A DNA stretch of 64,000 nucleotides from Chrysomallon squamiferum. Its lineage: Eukaryota > Animalia > Mollusca. A model generated the notes under the pieces. That model had not been told where the DNA came from. It made no database searches and saw only the letters and a list, made by a program, of their open reading frames with translations. The position numbers and the translations under genes are program-made. This document shows positions 1-11,015 of the stretch, one piece after another. How positions within the stretch are numbered: position 1 is the stretch's first letter; each line of letters opens with the position of its first letter. The stretch is taken from assembly GCA_012295275.1 (NCBI GenBank), contig CM022676.1, positions 16,988,001 through 17,052,000 on the forward strand, given 5' to 3'.

Positions 1-241
1 TTATAGGAAATATATTCAAGTCGTCTTCGAGTGATAAAATTTCGCTGGCGATATTTACACTATCCTTGTGGTAGCAAAGCCTTCATGTTAAACATAGTTG
101 AAATCACTTAGAAAGTAAAACATTTCTTATTAAAACGTCAGGACTACGAGAAAGTCTGTGAAGGCGTTGTGCAAACAATGTTGAATATTCATTTTACTGT
201 ACATATTATTTATTTTCAAAGGAATATTAATTTTGTTTAAG

Positions 242-1478
242 TTTTGGTGCAAATCAAGATAAAACTACTCGCTTTGGAGAGGGAACGGGACGAATATGGA
301 TTGATGATCTGAGATGTGATGGAGATGAAGACAGTGTTGAAAAGTGCTCATTTCCTGGCTGGGGAAACCACTACTGTGGTCACTGGAACGATGCTGCAAT
401 CAGCTGTCAATGTCAGTTTACATGTGATATTTATTTTATTTTATTTGTATTTAACTGTTTATCCGTAACAAAATGTTTTAGCTTGTTGTCATCAAAATTG
501 TCCTTCTTGTGTTTAATGTTGTTGTACCGAAGTCTGTATCTAACTTTATTTGCCTTTAATAAGAACTAAAACAAAACAAAACAATATCAGGTTTGGGTAC
601 AATAGTTAATAAAGAAACTAGGTTCAAAATAATCTAAATTAAAATGAGTTATATTAATGATGCAATCGTTTCGTATTTATTAGTTTAGTTGTTTGTTTGT
701 TGGCTTGGTTTTCGTTTGTTTGTTTATTTGTTTCTTTGTTTGTGTGTTGATTTCTAATTCACGTAAGAATTATTATAGGCTGTTAGAGATAATCATATAC
801 CATAACGATGGTTACAACAAAGGAAACTCATTGTTGAAATTTTGCAGCCAGACTTGTTGACATATAAATTGTAACTAAAATATATGTGACATTTTATTTT
901 ATGTTATGTTATTTAATTTACCTGTTTATCAGTGACAAAAGGTTATATTTATAAGTTTAATTTTATAATAATCAGCTTCTCACTAAATAGTTTTACTTTT
1001 TACATCCACAAGCTTATTTTCGAATATTCTAATCACCATCTTACATTCGGTCTTTTATTTACTTTCTGGATGGGGAATCCTTACACTCAAATGTCATTAT
1101 CCGTTAGATGTCTCTAGTAGCAACGGCATACATTACGTTATGTGATTCAAGATTGTCTTTACTTATGAATATAGTTAGTTTGTATTAATTAATCCATAAA
1201 TTAATTAATTTATTGATATGCATTGTGGTTTTATTTTAAATTTGTTTATTTTTTCTTCATGTTAAAATTTGTGAATGTCATAACATTATATAGTGATGAA
1301 TATATGAATGTATTTTATTATTATTTTTCCTGTTATACATACTTTCTGCAGTTTAAAGGTCCATTTCGCTTATACAAATAATAATAATAATCAAATTATC
1401 TGAGAGCTCAATTTTATTTTAATTATTTTTTTTTTTGGTATTATTCTTCTTCTTCTTCTTCTTCTTATTATTATTATA

Positions 1479-1532
<54 letters not shown>

Positions 1533-2312
1533 TTGCATCCATATTGTTTTTGTTTTAATTGGAACATTTGAAAACAAAGTGTACACGTGATATTGGATAT
1601 AAATGATCTTTATAACAATAATGATAATCTTCTTTTATTTATGTTTTGCTTTACTAGCTTTTATCAGGACTATTTTTAAAATATTATATTTTATTTAGTA
1701 TGACATTTAAAATGCATTTAATTGCCTTAGGATATCAAATTAAAATCAATTAGACTTCAAATGATGTAGTCATAACAAAATTAATTAATAGTCTTACATT
1801 TCATTTACTTAGAATTGGTTTCTTTTCATTTTCACATTTATTTACTTAGTTACATCTGTCGTATTTTAAACCTTTATTTCAATATATTTTCTGTTTTGTA
1901 ATACATATACCTTGATGCTATATGTTGATACATGTTTCAAACACTAGTAGTTTGTATGGTATATTTGTGTTCAAATGAACACTTGTTGTTTCAGATGACG
2001 TGTCTAATGAAAATTTAATAGCAGTGGCTGCTGGATCTGTATCAGCGATTCTCGTTTTAACTCTTCTTGTTGTCGATATTGTCTTCATGTGCCGTAGACT
2101 GAAAAACCGTTCGTACTGTTTCTTTTTGTTTTATTTTCAAATTTTAAATGTGTGTCGTAGTGATTGTTCCTCTCTGTGTGCATATGTGTTACAGAGTGAT
2201 AGATCGGAAAATGAGTATTAGTTAAACAATTTGAGATAAATAGAAAATATATGCAATTTCATCATCATCAGCATCAATCTCATCATTATCATCATCATCA
2301 TCATCATCATCA

Positions 2313-2355
<43 letters not shown>

Positions 2356-4894
2356 TCATAATGAATATAAAATGAAATGAATTTTCTCAATTACCATTAT
2401 TTAATATAACAAATGTTGTGATATTTTCTTTCCAGTTGATATCGCTGTATTTTCTGTTTGTTTTGTGTGTCTGCTATTTCAGTATCTGTAATATTTTTGT
2501 TTTTGGGAAATGCAAAAGATGAACATGTGCATGAAACAAGGTAACACTGACTCATAGTAGGAATTAATATACTTTATTATGTTTGTAACAGTGTATGTGT
2601 TGATGAATATGTCTTCATGTATAACAGTGACTGTACATTGTATTGCTTATAAATAATGAATATATTTGTTATAGAAACAAAACCTTAAGAGTCTCCTGAT
2701 AAAATATCCTGTCATGTTTTAATGTCAAAGGTTTTACTTTCCAGTCGGTTATTTTTGTGTCGAAATGAAGCTTTGAGTTCTAAATAACGAACACAGTTCA
2801 GAGTTTCTATAACCAGTGAATCTGTAACCGTAAGTAATTCCCGATTGATGTCCCAAATATTTCTGTGTAGTAGACTCTGGTTTATTGATAATCTAGGGAG
2901 AGATGACACATTCTGGTCTGGACGTAGGTTCTCACTCTCGAGGCAACACTGGGCTGTCGTCGTCAATCTTAGTGAATTTTACACCACGTATCTTAAATGT
3001 GTAGATTGATTAATACATCTTTCTCTGAAGTGAGAAAACTGATCTTTGCAGGTCAAGAATGTGTTATACTAAACATTTATAACCATATTCTGTAATGGTA
3101 ATCCACCAGTAGGGGATCTTTCTGATATGATGTTTGCTGCTTTCAAAGTCCAATCTTGACCACCCAGTTTTCATTAAGAGAGTGAACGAAGCGGTGCATC
3201 ACAAGTTAGATCCCGGTTTTCTGTTCAGACGATCCGCCTGTCTTGTAGCTGAATCCAATATCTTGAATCTATTTGTTTCTGTTTCTATGTCTGTTTATTA
3301 GTGTATTTTATATGAACATGTGTGTATACATGTATATATATGTGTGCTGTGTGCATATGTCTCTATGTGATGTGTGTTTTTCTTTCTGTCTGTATGTGAT
3401 ATGTATATGTCGTCTGCCTCTGTGCCCCTCTTTGTCGTGTTTCACACAGAAATATTCAACTGTGCAAGAAAGCAATATCACATAAAATAACGAAATAAAA
3501 TGAGTGCAACTTCGGTAGACATTGTGAAGAATGAGTGATTGCATTTATTTCATGTAACCTTATTCATGTAGATAATGCAGATATAGGCGATATATTTTAA
3601 TTAGTTGTCTGATAGTGTTTGTTTTACGTATGTCATATATATGTAAATATGTATGTATTTTATGTCATTATCCAACAATTGACAGTTACAATATTCAGCA
3701 ATTTACTTTTACATATATATTTATTATGTTTTTTAATATATCTTTTTTCTTTCTGTTTCTTATGTGTATCTTATTTTAATGTGTTAATCAAAAACGGAAT
3801 TGTTCTTATTATTGTTTTTGTTATTGCTCTTTTTCTTATTATTACCATTATTACACAGAAATCACTTAATCTTTAATTGTGAGTAGTCTATAAATGTTAT
3901 AATTAAAACTGAAAAAGCTACCACTTAGAACATTTGTCTCTTTCAAATCACAGGAACGTTTCTGAACCGCAGTCTAGAACGTACGACAATCTTGCTTTTG
4001 AGCCTGGTAAGTGCAATATTTTCTAAATGTTTATGTGGAGACTTACTTTACTGAAAGCGGTTTAAATTCTGCTCGTTCAATACATATTAAGACGTCTGTG
4101 GTGTCCATCAGGAAAGAATGAATGAAGCTACGAAAGGAAGTGATGAATGAACAAGAAAAGAAAGGAGTATGAAAGAGAAAAGTGAAAAGTAATAATGAAA
4201 TATTAATAATATTAAAAAGTTCTCATTTATATGCTGGGCTAAGAACGGGTGAGGTTATATTGCATAACGCTAAAGAGATAACAGAACTAATTTATATTAT
4301 CTGCTCAGATGTGCATGTATACAGTTTAACATTTATCTGTGATAAATATAGAGTATTTGTAAATTAATATTTTAACTTTTTACTTATTCTTCAATAATCT
4401 GGGTTTTATATTATCTCCTCAGATATGCAAAGTGTAATATTTTTGTTTGATAATTACAGAGCGTTTATAAACTAATAGTTGTGCAGTATGACAAGTTGTT
4501 TTATAAGCACGATAGACTAATTGCTATCTTTATAGCTGTGCAATTTAGAATCTGGTGATGTTAGCCTGTATATAGCGTTTGATATTATTTTCTCTCTATC
4601 ACTTCTGTTTTTTATTTTTATTTATTGTTTTTTATGTGCGTGTGTGCGTTTGTGCATGTGTGTGTGTGTATGTATGAATGTACATATATATATAACTTAT
4701 TTAATAATCTTATTTTTTTCTTTGTTTCTTCTACGTTTAACTGTTGATGTATGACATACTGTTTTTGAAACGGAACATAAATATGTATGTATGTTTTGTT
4801 ACTTCTTGTAGGGAGCAGTGTAGAAGAGAGTTTGTCAAATAAACAGAATCAGCATGAAGTACGTGGTGTCGATGACAATGGGCCAAAACATTAA
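242..4894 (+). CDS. SRCR-domain type-I membrane receptor, copy A (3' part: last SRCR half-exon, TM, cytoplasmic tail)
   Basis: AG/GT-bounded exons with compatible phases. 242-411 reads FGEGTGRIWIDDLRCDGDEDSVEKCSFPGWGNHYCGHWNDAAISC (SRCR C-half). 1995-2108 reads DVSNENLIAVAAGSVSAILVLTLLVVDIVFMCRRLKN (TM plus basic stop-transfer). 2483/2507-2540 is NAKDEHVHET, 3954-4006 is NVSEPQSRTYDNLAFEP, and 4812-4894 ends ...GVDDNGPKH*. The 5' part lies outside the window. Confidence 0.8.
2712..3270 (-). mobile_element. Degenerate Penelope-like RT fragment in a receptor intron (homologous copies ~16820-17380, 30460-30900, 34430-34880, 50620-51060, 57945-58400)
   Basis: ORF 2712..2966 ends ...VRYLELKASFRHKNNRLESKTFDIKT, resembling the PLE RT C-terminal motif YLDLxI...LxTxxYDK. 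A degenerate RY(I/V)DD-like segment lies upstream. Confidence 0.45.
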
Positions 4895-4965
4895 GATATC
4901 TCTTTCTTAATGTGTTTACTTAAAACATCGAAACAACCTATTTTATTACCATTATCACACACAGA

Positions 4966-5010
<45 letters not shown>

Positions 5011-5644
5011 ATACACACAGATATGCATATATATGAACAAATTATATAACACTTATTCACCATTATTGAATTTTATTATTCTCGAAAGCTAGTTAAATAT
5101 GTATTTTTTTCTTTTCATACAAGAACGTCTTTGGGGACATTTGTTTTTAATGTGGGATTGACATTTGTGTTATGTTTACATTAAGACTATATATGTAATA
5201 TACAGTGTAGGTTAGTTTAATATTATATGTGCTACAATTACAGGCTAATAAAATTGTGACTAACTGGGTATAGTATGATTCTAATTAAACTCATTTTATT
5301 AGTAATAATAAGAAAGTAAAATAGATAAACAAGACACTAACTATATGTTACTATTACAGTCAGTAATGATGTAGCTACAAATTTTCCTCGCTGTGTTATG
5401 AAGTATGTATCTGAGTACAACATCTTCAGTTAAGATATAACCAGAACATAAAACTACATAAATATCTATAACAAATAAAATATAACTATAAAACAATAAT
5501 GTACAAAAACAAAAATTCAAATGACAGTAGGTGAACATATAAAAATGTGCAACTATATTTATTTAAAAAAAAAAGATTATCTGCGAAGTTACATAATTAA
5601 GAAGTGTTTTATCTTTCCTTCAGCTTTTATTTATTTATTTATCA

Positions 5645-5677
<33 letters not shown>

Positions 5678-5689
5678 TATTTTTAAAAT

Positions 5690-7400
5690 TTAAATAGCTA
5701 TTTCAGTTTCCTCTGAAAATACTGTTTCAGTATTAGTCGATAAGTTACATAAATTATAATTCGACATAAACGTGTATACATATTTTTGATATTGAAATAT
5801 ATTTCGATTTGTCTGGTATACCGTTTCTCGCATTTGACAATATAGCATCATTACTTTTAAATACATAACGATAGTCATCTCCAAATTTGTCAACATTAAG
5901 AATATGACATTTTCTCTTTTCTCTTACAATATTAAATCGGTTTTAATAGAATGTTTAACATTACAGTTCTAATTTGACGTAAGACATGAACATTCACTTG
6001 AGCATTGCTATTCTCTAGGGCAATTAGTTTTGATTGATTTCCCTTTTTAGTGATGTATGTTAAAGTGTTTTACTAACATGAGCTATAACGTACAAAAAGT
6101 GCAAACTAACGGACAATTACAACACTCTTGCTAATAGAGGAAGGTGTTCCAGGAAATTCTAGATTTTTTTCAACTTTGAATATTTCGCGGTATTTTTGTA
6201 ATTCATCATGATGTGGAACAGTTAAATAATTAATCAGGGTAAAACGTACTGTTATTTTTGGTATCAAATTGTTGATCCACCTTTGTCGTTCTATTGGCGC
6301 TATTTTTAGACTGTCGCACTTAAAAGCATCGCTTCAAAGTAGGTCGCACTTTTATTCCTACCGCTCAAAATGTCATAGCAAACAGTTACACAATTTCATG
6401 TGGAGTCTTACTATTAAATATATATCTGTAAAACCTCGTAATTTCGCAACTATAGTTATTTCCTCGGCTGAAGAAAGGTTTGTGGAATCTGTGATTAATG
6501 GCTTCTTGGCTTTGAGAGTGCAATTCCTCTTTTGTTGTCACGTGATAAGGCACAAATTCATTAACATTGTCATTAAGAAGCAACAATCTTCTTAGACAAA
6601 TAATCATACGAACTTCGAAACTTTAAGTGAACTGTCTAACACAACTTTGAAATTGTGTTACGTTCTTTTGTATCAACACATTTTTATATTTATTTAGTTT
6701 TATTTTTTTTTTTTAAAAAAAAAAAAATAAAAAAACAAACAATAAAGAAACAACAACAACAAAACAACAGACTCTTAATAACGCGTGACTAAGAACTCAA
6801 AATCACCCATTCAGCGATGATGTTATTTGTGATATTTTTAATCGGTACAGTTTGTGTCAAACAATCGCAGAACGCGACTAAGAAGGGTTTGATATTTATT
6901 AGCACTCAACATGGTATCATATACTTCTGTACATGTGAGCTGAAAAAGAAGCCATTTTTTTTTTTTTTTTTTTTTTTAACTTTAAATGTCATATCAGTAT
7001 TTTATGTACATTGTGAAAATCTATTAAATGGATTTGAGCAAGAACACTGTAATGTTTTGAACCTAAAATGTACATACTGATGCCATCGTATCCAGAACAT
7101 TTTCCCTTGGGACAAATATAGATCGCCTATTACCGTTTTCCCCCGTTTGAACACATAAACACCAACAGACATCCTGTTTTCATACACTTATCCTTAAATA
7201 TAGATAATAGTCTTCTTCTTTTTTCGAAAATGTGTTTGTTTATAGGTAAAACTTCAGCGAGTGGACCAGCTAAACTTTTCTTGGTTAATTTGGATATTTT
7301 TGCTGGTTTCTTAATTTTAATCTTCACACGCCAATATCAGCAATAGATATCAGAATGTAAGAGAGAAAAATATAAAACTTACTCTTGTTTTTCGAAATAT
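5690..7400 (-). mobile_element. Decayed non-LTR (LINE) 3' fragment
   Basis: 5690-6250 aligns by eye to 37980-38450, which is contiguous with a recognisable RT ORF at 39738..40130. It has a T-rich (poly-A-like) end and many stops. Confidence 0.5.
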
Positions 7401-7639
7401 ACAGTGAAAGTTCAAAGACATTTCATTCTAAAGAGGCATGATACATTTAAAAAAAAAGAAATTAAAAATTAAAAATATGATTTTAAATGTGTAATATAGG
7501 TTTAAACAAAACATAGTATTAGAAATAATTATACAGTGTAATTAGAAATAAAGAATGAAACTACAAAAAAAACATCAACATTTTATTGTAAATAGAGAGA
7601 TTATAACTGTGGATAAACCACACAATTAGCAACATACAA

Positions 7640-9600
7640 TATAACTAAACAAAAACGTATTGTTAGAAATATACAGCGTAACTTTAAACATGAACTTTTT
7701 CCACTGAAAATATACGCTCCGTATTTAATAAGAAGATTTTAGAATAGATATACAGTTAAAATTTAAACAAGAAACATATATCTGGAAATAAAAACGTTCA
7801 TTTAGAAATATACAGTTGAGCTTTTAACGGAAATGTATTATTATAAATAAACCATCTAACTTTAAACAAAACTGTTTTACTAGAAACATACAGCGTAAAG
7901 CGTGTTAATATAATTATACAGTGTAATTTTAAACAGAATCATGTTAGAAATATACAATGTAACAAAACAAAATGTTTTTTATTACAAATTATACACGTTA
8001 ATTTTAAAAGAAAACGTATTATTAGGAAATATAGAGTGGAATTTTTAACAAAAACGTCTTATTACCAATATATATGGAGTAATTTTAAGCAAAAAAGTAT
8101 TATTAGAACATATACAGGGTAACTTTAAATAAAAATGTATTATTAGAAAACATACTGGATAACTTTATACAAAACGCAGATTATTGAAAGATATGCAGGG
8201 TAACTTTAACTAAACAGGTACTAATAGAAATGCAGTGAATATTTAAACAAAAACGTACTATTAAACAAATACAGGACAACATTAAACAAAAACGTATACT
8301 TAGAAATATACAGAGAAACTTTAAAGAAAGACGTAGTATTAGGAAACATAGAGATAACCTAAAAAAAACGTATTATCAGAACATATACAGTGTAACATTA
8401 AACACAAACGTATTAATAGAAATAAGCAGTGTAAATTTAAACAAAAACACATTATTATAAATGTACAGGGTAACTTTAAACAAAAACGTATTTTTATAAA
8501 CATACAATGAAACTTAAAACCAAAACGTATTAATAGAAAATATGCAGGGTAACTTTAAACAAAACACATTATTAGAAATACACAGTGACACTTTAAACAA
8601 AGACGTATTATTAGAAAATAAGCAATGTATTTTTTAACAAAAACACATTATTAGAAATATGTAGTTAAACTTTTAACAAAAACGTATTATTAAAAAATAT
8701 ACAGAGTAAATTTAAACAAACACATATTATTAGAAAATATGCAGGGTAACTTCAAACATAAAAGGTATTACTGGAAATATACAGAATGATTTTAAACAAA
8801 ACACATATTATTAGAAAATATACAAGGGAACTTTAACTAAAAAGGTATTAATAGAAATATACAGTCAAACTTTTAAAAAGTGTCTTATTCGGAATATGCA
8901 GTGCAAGATTAATTAAAGTATTATTAGATATATACAATGAAATTTAAAAAAAAATGTTTTTTCTGTCTTTATCAGAAACGTATTATTAGAATTATAAAAT
9001 GTAACATTAATATGTTTATATTTGTGGACATATTATTATTATCATCATCATCATCATCATCATCATTATTATTATTATTATTATTATTATTACTACTACT
9101 AATATGCAACGTAACTTAAAACAAAATCGTATTACTAAAACTATGCAGAGCTAATCTATCAAAAATGTGTTATCAGATATATACTGTTTAACTATAAACA
9201 AAAATATGTTACTAGAAATATACAGTGCAATTTTAAACAAAAATGTTTTAGAAATATACACAGTAACCTTAAACAAGAACATGTTTTCAAAAATATGCAC
9301 TGTATCTTTAAAAAAAAATGTATTATTAGAAAAATACGGTGTTACTTTATAAAACAAAAAATATTAGAAATATACAGTACAACTTTAAAAAACAAAGAAA
9401 CAAAAAAGTTAGTATTAATAGAAATATGCAATGTACGTTTAAGCAAAAATTAATTATGAGAGATATACAGGGTAACTTTAAAGAAAAAAGTATTATTAGA
9501 AATATACAGTGTAACTTTTAACAGAAAGGTTATATTAGAAATAACCATTATAATTTTAAACAGAAACTTAGAAATGAAGAAATGCAGTGCATTTTAATCA
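7640..9600. repeat. Degenerate ~40-bp minisatellite (consensus ~AACTTTAAACAAAAACGTATTATTAGAAATATACAGGGT)
   Basis: Dozens of head-to-tail imperfect copies, interrupted by an (ATC)n/(ATT)n microsatellite near 9030-9100. Confidence 0.9.
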
Positions 9601-10047
9601 AAACGTAGTTATTAAATATGAAGCGCATCTTCAAATGAAAAGCATATTATAAGAAATAATGTGTTCATCACCATCATCATCATCAGCAGCAGCAACTGTA
9701 TGCACATCGTCGTCACCGACATAATCAAAATCGTCTGAATCTTCTCCTCAGTTGCTGTGTCGTTCTTTTAGGTAGAAATTAACCAGGCTGAAATTTCAGT
9801 TTTCGGTTAAAATGTTTACTTTGAATAACTCTGTAAAATAAGAAATAAAAAAATCAAAATCAAAATAAGAAAAATAAAATTAGTCACTACTCTCACAGAC
9901 TGAGAACCAAAAAGTAAATTATGGTGTTTGTGCGTACCTGTTTTACGTATAAATTCGTATATATTTAACATAATACGTATATATGTAGTATGAAAATATT
10001 ACAAGAAATCGAGTTTAGTACCTGATAATTATGATTATTTGTTGTCT

Positions 10048-10801
10048 TTATTCTTTTTTTTCTCTGCTCATTTGTCGACTATTTCCTATGTCAGTGTGAA
10101 AAGTCTCTTTTCTTTTCCTTGTCACAATGTCGTGTGATTTAGGCGAATCGAATCTGGAGACACTGTTTGATTTTTCTTGGATATAATCCCTGTCTGTATC
10201 TGTTACTCGATAATCCAGTTCTGATGTAATTTTCGGATAATCCGTCAATTTCTCTCGTCCTCGATAATAGGTGCTCGTGTTTGGTCTAAAATAAACATTG
10301 GGTTTAATTCCTATGGGATAATCCTTGAATCTCTCTTCTCCTCGATAATCGCTGTGAGATCCCCTTCTGTTAGTATTTCTGTCTGACGTCCATCTGTTAG
10401 TATCTCTGTCTGACATCCATCTGTTAGTATCTCTGTCTGACATCCATCTGTTAGTATATCTGTCTGACGTCCATCTGTTAGTATCTCTGTCTGACGTCCA
10501 TCTGTTAGTATCTCTGTTTGTCGCCCTTTTCTTAGTTTCTCTGTCTGACGGTCTACTGTTAGTATCTGTGTCTTTTGCCTTTCTTTTAGCATCTCTGTGT
10601 GATGCTCTACTGTTAGTATTCCTATCTGACAAAGTTCTGTTAGTATCTCTCTCCGAAGCCACATTGTTAGTATTTCCATCTGACGCTTTATTGTTACCAA
10701 CTCTTTTGGACCTCATTTCGGAGGACGTCACATTTTTTTTTTTCTACTGGAACAGATTTCGCATTCTGCATTGTTCCCGAAATAGTCAAAATAAATATGA
10801 C
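10048..10801 (-). CDS. ZNFX1: ZNFX1-like terminal exon: second half of a degenerate RZ-type finger plus low-complexity repeat tail
   Basis: Acceptor ttttag at 10802-10803 gives phase-1 GHIYFDYFGNNAECEIC, continuing GWLKCQA from the previous exon (donor at 11014-11015). As assembled it stops at KKKM*. One extra A in the 11-A run joins it to ORF 10048..10731. Confidence 0.6.
10365..10690 (-). repeat. 27-bp coding tandem repeat (TNRWTSDRD-like, ~12 units)
   Basis: The unit CTGTTAGTATCTCTGTCTGACGTCCAT is repeated on the + strand. It is open in two minus frames (ORFs 10048..10731 and 10311..10700). Confidence 0.9.
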
Positions 10802-11015
10802 CTAAAACAAAAATGTGATTCTACAATTGTAATTTTTCACAAGGTGTGAATCAGTTAAAAACAAGATATATAAATGTAATAATTTAATAGGAAATATAAA
10901 ATATTTCGATATTACTAAAATATCATTTGACTTTGTTTTAGATATGTAAATTTAGAGACAGACATTTATAAGTTCTTAATTAAAAAACAGAGATACACAA
11001 ATACAGTGTTCTCAC

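Noticed and set aside
7640-9600. CRISPR-like array
   Set aside because: Eukaryotic context, degenerate units and no unique spacers; it is a plain minisatellite.
9620-9790. Extra acidic ZNFX1 exon (EDSDDFDYVGDDD)
   Set aside because: All three phases from the candidate acceptor near 9789 hit stops before the acidic stretch; likely UTR or microsatellite-derived.
10311-10700. Second overlapping protein (TEILTDGRQ repeats)
   Set aside because: The alternate frame is open only because the 27-bp unit lacks stops; there is no splice or start support.
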